From the human T2T-CHM13v2.0 reference genome, Homo sapiens, in assembly GCF_009914755.1 (NCBI RefSeq), contig NC_060930.1: a stretch of DNA of 64,000 nucleotides. One strand, given 5' to 3'. Numbering within the stretch: position 1 is the first letter of the stretch; every line of letters starts with the position of its first letter. The translations under genes were made by a program, and so were the position numbers. The notes beneath the pieces are model-generated. The model saw only the letters and a list, made by a program, of their open reading frames with translations, had not been told where the DNA came from and searched no databases. Of this stretch, positions 44,131 to 56,100 are shown piece by piece.

Positions 44131-47100
44131 ATTGAGCATTTCTTTGACCCTCCCTCACCCACCAACCACCAAATCACTGTGACATCTTGGCTATTATACA
44201 CTTCCTGATCTAGAATGAGCTCGAAAGGAGAGGCTAACCCCCGCCCCCAGTACAGTACTTGGCAAATAGTATGTTGATCCTTAAAACTTCTTGCCCTTTT
44301 ATCTCTCGTAACAGACCTAGGGCTAGACCCCTGACCCCATCTGTTATTCAGGGCACTGACATTTTCTACAAGCCCACTAACCTTTGGAGGATGTGTCCAG
44401 AGGAGCCTAACTCTGCTTTTTAAAAATAACGCTAATAGAAGCCTTTCTATTCTTTGACTACTTCCTACCTGCGATGTTTTATTCCTTTTGAGCCGGAAGA
44501 CAGCAATCCCCTTATGCTGTATTTTCTACCACTGATAGCAAACTCGTAACTGCATGGGTAACTAACGTGGGTAAAAGTTATGGTTTCACTAGGCCACATC
44601 CCCTGCCTGCTTGCAGACCATGTGTGTAAGTGAGGCAATTATGCACTTAATTTAAAAGAAAATTCTGATTAAACTGGAAATTAGGGCATTTTTTGTTTTG
44701 TTTTGTTTTGTTTTTTCTTTTTTCCTACCTAAATAAATGTCTTCAATTTTCCCTTCAGATTTGAAGATTGGAAGCAGGCCTGTAAGAGACAACAGACTTG
44801 AAATTTGTGATGGGATGATGTGTACCAATTAAATAAATGATTTAAGCATATGTAAACCTACTTACTCTGAAAGGTTTTTTTTTAACTTATTGAATCAGTT
44901 AGTGAAAAATACAGATATTGTGATGTAGAAGTTAGTGACTAAACAAACTTTTTAAAAGCCTGTTTTCATACATTGTATTAATTTTATTGAGCGCCAATGT
45001 CTCAAGTGGACTTTTGAAACAACTTTTTTTCTTTCCCTCAGGTTGTCCGAGCGGAACTGCATTGAGATTGTTAATAAATTGATTGCTCAGAAACAGCTAG
45101 AAGTAGTTCATACACTCGATGGAAAGGAATATATTACTCCAGCCCAAATTAGTAAAGAAATGAGAGATGAGCTACATGTCCGAGGTGGTAGGTAATTCTT
45201 TAGTGTTTTTTTTTTTCTTGGATTTTTGGAAGGGGCAAAACAAACAAACAAAACCCGTAAACATGTAATTGCATACTAAATTATAGATTGTAAGATATCG
45301 TTTTCAATTGTTAATTTGATAATCAGGCTTAATATTTTTACTGGGTTCATGCAAACATGGTCATATAATTTAAATGAACTCAAATGTTGTCACTTAAAAT
45401 ATTTTATCATTTTGAGTTATGTGTACTATACATGAATTAATTGTTTCTTTTTACAATTCATTAATTTATTGCATGACTCAGGGAAGGGTATTCAGCTGCC
45501 TTTTATTAGGTGGTAATTGTGAAGGGGGACAGTATCTTACAGGATTATAGATTTTTGAAAATCAAGGCTGTATTTCTTTTTAAGGCTTACTTGTACTTAC
45601 AAATTAGGTAACTCAATCCAGTGTGGTGCTACACCAATCATATTGTATGAAATGCTGTTAAAAACACGCACAAAGTTGGCTTCCTTTGTCTTCTTAAAAT
45701 TTGAACAGACTACCAAGCATATTTGAATACTATTTGATTAAAATAGAAGCAATTATGAAAGCCTCTCTTCATATTATCAGAGTGTAACATTGGTCTTTGT
45801 CTTTTTTTATTTATCTATTTTCCTTCATAGTACCTTTAAAATATGAGCTATAATTTGAATTACTTAACAGATTTTCTTATGCTGATATGTAGAAGCCTAC
45901 CTTTTAGTATCAAATAATTGAAAAAAAGTTCATCTTAATTTAGTTGTCAATATCTCTTTGATCACAGTAGATAAATTCTGAATTGTGAAGGGAAATGAAT
46001 ACCCTTCATAGATAGAGCCAATTTGTGTGCCAGTTGGTGCTCATAATTGGCCTGATGTTATTTAAAAAAAAAAAAAAAATTGAAAGTAAGTTATTGCTTA
46101 TGGCTTCAGCCATGAAGACTTAGCCATCAGCTAATGGTGTGTATTTGAAGACATTGATTATTCTGGCTCTCTGTTCTATGCAGGACTTTGACCAAAACTT
46201 AAATGTTAGAATTTATAGCTTTGGGTTGGTATGTACGCATAGATCATTTAAAATAAATGAATGTCTTTTCTTCAAAGGTCGAGTAAACATTGTTGATCTA
46301 CAACAGGTAGGTTTTAAATTTATAAAATTTTTGCTTTACTTTCTCAATTTTTTGATACTGTGAATTTGTTCAAGTATTCACTAATGCTGGTATCATATTT
46401 TGTGTAGTGTTTATAAAGAAATAGTTATATAAGCCTCGCTGATACACTGAATTGATTTAATAAGTTCTGATACATTAAAATGATTTAATAAATTCGGATT
46501 TATTGAAATGATTTAATAAGTTGGCCTTATTAAAGAGTTGGCCAACTCTTCCCTAGTTGGCTTTCTTATTCTTAACTTTTTACCAAATGAACTCATAGTT
46601 ATTTTATGTAAGTATAGAGTTTATGTCATTTTGGGAGAAAAGTCACCAGTTTCATGTTTATATGTTTTTAGTATATGAAAGTAATAGAGAAACATTTTTA
46701 AAAGTAGAAGCTATTTTCAAAATATACAAATATATATGTCATTACCAAGGTACACTATAAACAAGAAGCCAGCGAATTTTCTGTAAAATGCTATCTGTTA
46801 TATGAATATGTAATTTACTGCTTTATATAAACTTACTAGCAAGTGACAGTTTAATTCTTCAGAACTGAAAATAACTAAGCAATACACCTCTAATTTTTTA
46901 TTTGGCCAATGCTTTTCGTATTATTTCAGATTGATTCAAAATTTAAGAATAAGCAATTTCTTTCTTTCTTTTTTTTTTTTTGAGATGGGAGTCTCCCTAT
47001 GTTGCCCAGGCTGGTCTCAAACTCTTGAACTGAAGGGATCCTCCCGCCTCATCCTCCCAAAGTGCTGGAATCCAGGCATGAGCCACCATGCCTGGCCGGC

Positions 47101-50100
47101 AATTTCTTTAAAAATATAGTTCTAAGTATATAATTTCAAGCTTAAGAAACAATACAAACTAATCATTAATAGATTTTGTATTTGTTTTCCAGGTAATTAA
47201 TGTGGACCTGATTCATATTGAAAATAGAATTGGTGACATTATTAAATCAGAAAAGCATGTTCAGTTAGTGTTGGGACAACTGATAGATGAGTAAGTACAA
47301 TAAAGTACAAATTTAAGAGCACTTTGTTTATTTTCTTTCTTTTTTTTATAGTGTTTAAATTTAGGCCAATTATGGCCAGTTAAACATTTCATTTATAACT
47401 CTTACAGTGTTGATTTTCATGATAAGGTTTATTTCACTTAAAAAGTAAGTGTTTAAGCCACATATGGTGGCATGTACCTGTAATCCCAGCTACTCAGAAG
47501 GCTGAGGCTGGAGGATTGCTTGACCAGGAATTTGAGACCAGCCTACGTAACATAGCAAAGATCCTGTCTCAAATTAAAAAAAAAAAAAAAAAAATTCAGT
47601 GTTAATGTATGGAATACTTAGAAATAATATAAACTTCTATTTTTTTCTTAATAAGAAAACGTAAAACGTAACTTTTACGTTCCTTCCCGTATAATCTTAA
47701 CTCTGAAAGCAAATTTGTTCCAAAAATGTTAATGAAAATCAAATACAAATTTCCACTTAAAAAAATCCCAGCATGCCAGCCTGGGCAACATGGCAAAACC
47801 CATTTCACTAATTAAGTTTGCTAATTAAAAAATTAGCCAAATGTGGTGGCTCGCACCTGTAGTCCCAGCTACTCAGGAGGCTGAGGTAGGAGGATTGCTT
47901 GATCCCAGGAGGTCAAGGCCACAGTGAGCCATAATCATGCCATTGCACTCCAGCCTGGGTGACAGAGTGAGACCTTGATGCAAAAAAAAAAAAGAAAAAG
48001 AAAAAGAAAATGTATTGTTTGATTAATCTTACATTTAGCTACACTAATGAGAAAAAAGTATTTGTTAGAATATGAGTGATGAGTGGTGTTCATGTACACA
48101 CACATTTCATTACTTTTGGGGCATACTTCATTTCAACGGAAATTAAACATAAAATGAGGAAACAGAAAAAACATTCCTAATTCTTTTTTCTATTATTTTC
48201 TTGTTTTCACTATTAGGAATTATTTGGATCGGTTGGCAGAAGAGGTCAATGATAAATTGCAAGAAAGTGGTCAGGTCACCATATCAGAACTGTGTAAAAC
48301 TTATGATCTTCCTGGGAACTTTCTGACACAGGTATTTTTTTTCCTAATAATACAATGTGTCTTTTTACCAAAGGATTTTAAACGAAGACTTTGAATGGAA
48401 GGGGGGAAAAAAAATGAGACTTCCTCACCATCATTTGATTTATTGCAGGTGTCTGACTTGATATATGTTGTACCAATATATTTGGGGGGTACTTCTAGTA
48501 CATTAATGGTTCTGAGGAGGCAGTTTAAAAATGATTGTAATCATCCTAAACCAAGAGACACCCTAAAACTAATTTATAGACTAAGTTCTAGGGCTGCTTT
48601 GATGCAATTAGCAAATGTACAATAAATGCATGGATTTATTTAATGCTTTTGATACCAGCTATATAGAAACTGTAACCAGACAATTAAATTTCTGATTGCC
48701 CAGTTAAATTTTAAGAAATAATTGATGAAGATAATTTATAGGGGGTACTACTGGCTTCTTGTGAGTAAAGGTCAAGGATGCTGCTAAACATCCTACAATG
48801 TACAGAACATCCTGCCAACAAAGAATTTTTTTGTTCCAACTGTCAGTAGTGCCAACATCTTTTGACTTCACCATTTATCCTCTTCTAAACAGTCAGTATG
48901 ATAGGAAGAAGAACCAAGGAATCTGACATTCTCTTAACTTTAGGTATTTGTGTCAGTACTCAAATATCTTATGTGTGATAACAATGCTGCCTGAAAACAT
49001 AGGCTATTTTCTTGTTTACTTTTTTCTGGTTTTTTTTGTTTGTTTTTTTAGAATCATAGAAATTCATTTGGTAGAGTGGAAAGGACATAAGCTTTTGAGA
49101 TTTTTAAAAGACCTTGATTTGAATACTGTCTGCACCACTTATTTGACATCAGGAAAATCATTTCATCTCTTTTATGCTTCACATTATGTATCTGTAAAAC
49201 AGGAAATATTGTCTTTTTTATAGGCTTCATTGAAATCTAGTGAAATATCTTAACACAATGGAGAAACTAAATAATGCTAGTTCTTTTTATATTTACTGAA
49301 ACAAGGGAGAAGCCAAATCTCTCTTTAGGTATCTATCACTTTAAGAAACTCCAACTTGCAAAATTGGCCAAACCGTAATTGCATGAGATTAATGTATAAT
49401 ACAAGCAGATTTACTTACTCATATTAAGAAAATGAGCTTCCCTAATTCCATTTAAAATACCATTTATAGTATAGATCTGTTTTATGTAGTATTTCAGGAG
49501 CTGAAATTATATTTTACATGGGCAAACATATGTTAATCACAGGACAAAAAATATATTTTTAAAATACTTCTTTAAAGTATCCAGCTCAAATCCAAATGAT
49601 TTCTTATAAAACTGTTTCTGAATACATTTTAGAAACGTAGTTTTTAATATGTTTCAGTTCCATTCTGAATATAGCAGTATTCTAAAAGCTCATTAAGTTT
49701 GAAAAAAACATTTTTCTATATCATAAAAATAATGAGCTGAGCTGACTTGAGTAGATTTAACTTATCTTAAAATGTGAAATATGTCCAGACTTATTTCAGA
49801 TGTACCTGATGCCAGTCGTAGTATAGCTGTGGAGAAATACTCTGCTGAACTTGAAAGAAGGTTACCAAGAAGTCAGATTATCTGCCATAGATCTTCTGGA
49901 CGGGGATAAATTTGCATTAGAGAGGAAAGCTTTTGAGGTCTTATGTTTCCCTATGTTGCAGAATCTGGAATAACATTTATACTTTTAGTATTAGAAGCTC
50001 CAGAAAGGGTCTTCTCCAATACCCATTTGTATGTCTTGGCTCTCTATATATTGGAGGCTGCCTATATCTAGAAACCATCATATCAAATAATCATCATATT

Positions 50101-53100
50101 GATAGTCATTTTTATGTTAGAAATAGCCCTCATTAACAAGAGATAATATGACAGCTCAACCTTTTAACATGTAAGCAAGCAATTTGACTCATTTCTTGGC
50201 TCTGCCATGAGATAGTGAACTTTGCTAGACACTGAATCTTCACTTTAGTTGATATATCTTGTAATCTATGCTTGTTGAAACTTCTCAATCACATGACTGA
50301 TACCTCAGCATGCAGCATGACTTGAGTATGACTATGCAAATGCATATGTGTAATTCTTTTCTTTTAAATTAATAAAAATGTACATCTTTACCCACAGGCA
50401 CTAACTCAGCGACTTGGTAGAATTATCAGTGGACATATTGATCTTGATAATAGAGGAGTAATTTTTACGGAAGCTTTTGTAGCTCGACATAAAGCACGTA
50501 TCCGTGGACTATTCAGTGCTATTACCCGGTAAGTATATTTTAAAGTATATATATTTGCACATTTCTTTGATCATGGTTTGCATTTTTTTCCTAGCAGCGG
50601 AATCTTTTTCTTTGTTTTAATAAAGTCTCATTTAGGACCCCAGTTTATTAAACAGATAAAAGGGCAGCTTTTGTAAAATAGAAATTGAGATTCCAGAGTT
50701 CTAGAATGCAGCCTCTCTCTCCAGTCCGCATCTCCTTCCTCTCCCTACCTTCACCACCCTTGTGACCCCATACACACTTCTGCAGAGTGCAGTTTAAATA
50801 CTGCTGCCCAGATCAGTATATAAGTGTCACCCTTGAATCATGGAAAGAACATGCAATTTAAAGTCAGAAGAATTTGGTTCATAGCTTTATCACATAATAG
50901 GCACATGACCTTGAGCAGATAAGTCAGTCACCTAACTTCTTTGGGCATCATATGGGGCTAGAGAATTTTATGACATTTTTTACTTTCTAGCATTCTGTAA
51001 TTGTAATGAATAACAATGTTACTTGCAAAGTCACTGACTTTTCTAAAATAAGAATTTCTGAAATATTTGAGTCTGTGTGACAGACTCCAGCATAGAATTC
51101 AGAAAACCTATATTCTCAATTTTCTCCTCTCTCCTGTGTCATCAACTTCATCTCAGTGGCTATATGCCCTATCAGCATTTAAATATGTCCAAAAGTCTCC
51201 CATTTTAAAACAAACCTCTCTGAACCCCTTTATTCTATATCATCTATCATGCTGTTTGTTCCCTCTCTTAAAGTGAACCTTCTCAACAGTTGAAATCTAC
51301 ATTCAGTGTCTCAGTTACCTTCTGTCACTTCTTAATCCACCTATCTAGCTTCTACTACATATATAGCACTGATGTCTCATTATCTGTAAGTCTAATGGAT
51401 ACTTTCTGTTTATTTGACTTGACTTTGCAGCAGCATTTAACTCCAGTTACAACTTCCTTCTTGAAATACTCTTTTTTTAAACATAACACTTTAGATTTCT
51501 TCTTCTCTCTTTTGGCTGCATCTTCTAAGTTACCTTTTCTAGCTCTTTCTTTCACTATCCTTTAAAGTTTCACGCCATCTTTTCTTCCCAGTTCTGTGCT
51601 GTCATCTTAGGTGATTTCACATGGCAGCCACAGTGATTTCCCTTTTTGTCATTCAACAAATCAACAAGCATTTGTTGAGCACCTAATGCATGTAAGGCAC
51701 TGGGGTACAAAAGGGAGAAGGTTAGAAGGAGAGCATGTATTCTAATGAAATGATTTCCTCCCTCCCTCCCTCAGTGCAAGAGAACTTTTTTTTTCTGAAC
51801 AATTTGAGAGGAGGTTGCTGACATGATGCTCTATCACCACAGATACTTTAATCTGTATTTCCTATAGAAAGGGGCATCATCCTATATAACTATAATACAG
51901 TCATCAAAAACAGAAAATTAACATTGATTGATTACTACCATCCAGTCCTTAGATCCCCTTTATGTTCTACTGGTTATTGTAATAATGTCCTTTATAGAAA
52001 AAGGATCCAATTCAGGATCACAGATTGCATTTAATTGATAAGAGTCCTTAGTCACCTTCAATCTGGAATACTTACTTGATTTTTCCTTGACATTCATGAC
52101 CTTGACACTTTTGAAGATCACAGGCTGATTATTTTATAGAATGTTCATTGTTGGTTGTCTGCTGTTTTTTCATGTTATACCTATTTGTGTTATGCATGTT
52201 ATGCATAATTTTTCATATTCAGGTTATGTGTCTTTTGATAGGAATATCTCAGAAATAACACTATATTCTTGTTATTGAATCATATCAGGTGGCATACAAT
52301 TTAGATTTTTCCTAATAGAGATACCAGCTAGGCTTGTAAAGCTACTTGTTTTCCTTTGTAACTAATAAGTATTTGTCGGGAGGGCAATTTGGGACCATGG
52401 ATGTTATCCTGTTCTTCATCAGACTTGCAGTTTATTCATTCATTTAAATCACTATGGACTCATGATTCCCTAATTTATTTATTGGATTATAATCTGCTGT
52501 CATTATTTACATGTTCATACTGGCCCTGATTTAGCTAGTGGTAGCGCCTGCAGGTTGCCTTTTGCATACCCCCATCATTCTTGAAACTTTCTTTTCTTTC
52601 TGGCTTAAGATGTTCCAGGCTCAGTTCATACTTTCCCTGTCCCAAGCCTCAAATCAGCCCTTTCTCCAGAGATCCCTGCTTTCTTTTAGCAGAGTATGGG
52701 ATTTAGAAACCAAGATCTGGATACTACATTACTTATCACTATTCGGTTCTCACTGCTCCCAGGCCCTCTCAAAGTAGACAAGCTAGCACAAGGGCCCTCA
52801 ATCCCCAGGCTGCCAATCAGTACCAGTCTGTGGCCTGTTAGGAACCAGGCTGTGCAGCAGGTGAGGGTGGGCAAGCCAGCATTACTGCCTGAGCTGCTCC
52901 TCCTGTCAGATCAGTGGCGGCATTAGATTCTCATAGGAGCGTGAACCCTATTGTGAACTGCACATGCAAGGGATGTTGGTTGCACGCTCTTTATGAGAAC
53001 CTAATGCCTGATGATCTGAGATGGAACAGTTTCATCCTGAAACCATCCCCCACAACCCGGGTCCGTGCAAAATTTGTCTTCCATGAAACCAGTTCCTGGT

Positions 53101-56100
53101 GCTAAAAAGGATGGGGACCGTTGAACTAGGAGATACATATACACGTACATACACCCCTCTATACATCTGTATTTCTGTATCTTTATGTGTATTGAAAACT
53201 GTGAGTTTGTGCTGATACTTCCATTTCTAGTCCAATACCGTAAGTTTCATTTCATTCTAGTTTCCTTCTTTTCCATGTTTGTAGCTTTGTTCACTGACTA
53301 AGAAAAATCTAACTCCTATTATCCTTAATGTATTTAGTTACTTGATTAATTCCCCTTATGTGACTGGTTTCCCATTGCTACTGCAGCTCCCTTTCTCATG
53401 TGGGTGTTCTCTTTATTCCATGTAGGCTCTGACAGTCTGTGCCACATCACCCTCCTAACACAAGAAATGGGTGGTTGTTTCTGGGGAAAGAAACTGGGTA
53501 GCTGGGTGGTAGGAATGGAGAGGGATTCTTCAGTTTTGTAACTTTTTTGTACCCTGTTCATTTATTACTTTGTCAAAAACTAAAAACTAAAAATATCTTT
53601 GTTCCTATTTATAAATATTTACCTTTTTTCTTTGACTAATTATTGTGGTGATGGTAATTTTCATCAAAATCAGCTGTGTTTTTCTCATTCATAGTAGTCC
53701 TGAGTTTCGCTATATGGAGGTACCATCAAATAATGAGAGGAAAATAAGTTTTGAGCCTCAAAAGATGTTGCTAGGTTGTGTGGCTTCCAGGTAGTACCAT
53801 TTAAGGCACCATATCTTTGTATTTGTCTCTTAAAAATAACGAACCATCCCACTTTTCTAGTCTAACTTCAAAGGAGACACCTGCATCTCTGACTTTTAAA
53901 AAGTTTATATTTTTTGTTTTTATGGATATTTCTTGTTATCATGGATAGCCAGAGAGAAGAGCAGGAAGCAGTTAGTGAGAAGAATGATGTATGTAGGTAT
54001 ACTAAATACGTTGTATTCCAAATTGACGTAAAAATTCAGCTAAAGTTTCATCATACAAAAAAAGCTAGAAATTTTGCACAACTCAATTCATTGTTTATTG
54101 AACACCCACAATAAGCTAGGTACCTAGACATTTTAAGATGAAGTCCTTCAAGGAGCCTTCTACATTTTTGTAAGGATGTGTTTGCGTAGAAGGGAACAAA
54201 AGACAAAAAACATGAGAGGTTGTAACAATTATAAGGTAAACAAAGGAGAGCAAAATTCACAGAGGACCTAGACCTTGTTGGTTTGGAGGTTTGCTATGGT
54301 TTGGATGTGGTTTGTACCCACCAAAACTTATGTTGCAGTTTGATCACCAATGTGGCAGTATTGGGAAGTAGGGCCTAGTAAGTGTTTGGGTCACAGGAGT
54401 GGCTTTCTCATGAATAGATTAATGCCCTCCCACCAGGGTGAGTGAATTATTGTTCTCATGGGAATGGATTAGTTCTCAAGAGAGTATATTGTTGAAAGGA
54501 TTATGGCTTCATTGGTTTCTCCCCTTTGCTTCCTCTTTCACTATGTGATTTATTTATACATGTCTTCTCCTTTTCCACTTACCACCGTAAATTGAAGCAG
54601 CTTGAAACCCTCAAAAAATGTAGCTGCTCAATCTTGAACTTTCCAGTCACCAGAATCATGAGCCAAATAAACCTTTTTTCTTTGTAAATTACCCAGCCTT
54701 AAGTCTTCTGTTATAGCAACACTAAACTGACTAAAGCCCCTGCTGTGCTTCCACATAATTTAGCTGAAAATTTTGAGTAAAACAATTTAATAAAAAGCAA
54801 ATTGATCCTAAGAATTTGGTAAAAATAATAATTTACTCAAAAACACAGAAGTTTTAAATAGTCAATTTATTTTCATACAACTGTTTCTGCTTTCACAAGT
54901 TTGAAGTAGAAAATATTTACAATATTCTAAATAATCAACAATGGAGGATTGAAATGTTAGAATTACTTAAGTCGTTTTGTTATATGCATTAAAAATGAAA
55001 AGACTAACCTTAACTAGAGAGAACAGGCATACTGGCTTAAAAGGAATAGAAAAGAAATTGTAATCAGAATAAAAAGTCTAGATTCTTTTCTTGTATCCTT
55101 TAAAAAAAAAAACTATAGTTATTACAAATGAGATACAGTCATAGGAGTCCACCCCAAAGAAATGAAAACATTCATCGATACAAAGTCAAAAACATAAATG
55201 TTCATAGGAGCATTATCCACAGTAGCCACAAACTAGAAATAGTTTACCTGTCTGTCAGCTGATGAGTATATAAACAAAATGTGGTATATTCATACTAGGG
55301 AATGAACATCAATAAGAAGGAATGAACTACTGATGCATGCTTCATCATGGATGAATCTCAAAAACACAGAAAGGAGACCACATATTAATTCCATTTATGT
55401 TAATGGCTAGAAAGGCAAATTTATAGAGGCAGAAAACAGATAGTTATCTAGATTTAGGAGTGGCAGCAGGAATTAACTGCAGATAGCTATCAAGTAACTT
55501 TTTGGGTGATGAAAACATTATAAACTGGATTGTAGCAATGGTTGCACAACTCTATAAATGTATTAAGATCATTGAATTGTACACTTAAACGATGGGGTAG
55601 ATTTCATGTAATTTAAATTATACCTTATTGCAATAAAACTGGTTAACAAAAGAAATGCATAGTCATTGCAGAAAATAGAAAATACTCAAAAGCAAAAAAA
55701 AAAAAAAAAAAGATTTTAAATGGATCCCTCTCAGTCACCCTAATCTAGCCTCATGTCATTCCAAACATTTTCAGTGCACATATGATCTCATTTTTCTTCA
55801 AAAATGGAATCATATGACATCCACTTGAATATTCCCAAGTAAGGAAAGAGCCTCCCAGACAGAAAAAACATTGAAGAAAAACCTAAAGACCAAGGCAAAT
55901 AGTTACGTATCATGGAAATCTGAGAATTTAGTGGAATGGCAATGTAAACTGATCCTTGATTGCAAGTACAAATTGATTTCCCTGATATTTCAGTAGCAAA
56001 ATTCCAATTAAGGATTTAAAATTTGGTGTAATTTTTGACTTTATTTTTTCTTTTAAACAGTATTTTTCTTAAATTCTAATTATCCTATTTTTAAGTTCAT

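Noticed and set aside
43847-44135. Read-through extension of ORF 43767-44135 (…[10 protein letters not shown]…)
   Set aside because: Intron 1 sequence after the donor at 43846; the true frame continues at 45042.
46441-46550. CRISPR-like repeat array
   Set aside because: Units are directly adjacent with no unique spacers; primate intron; no cas genes.
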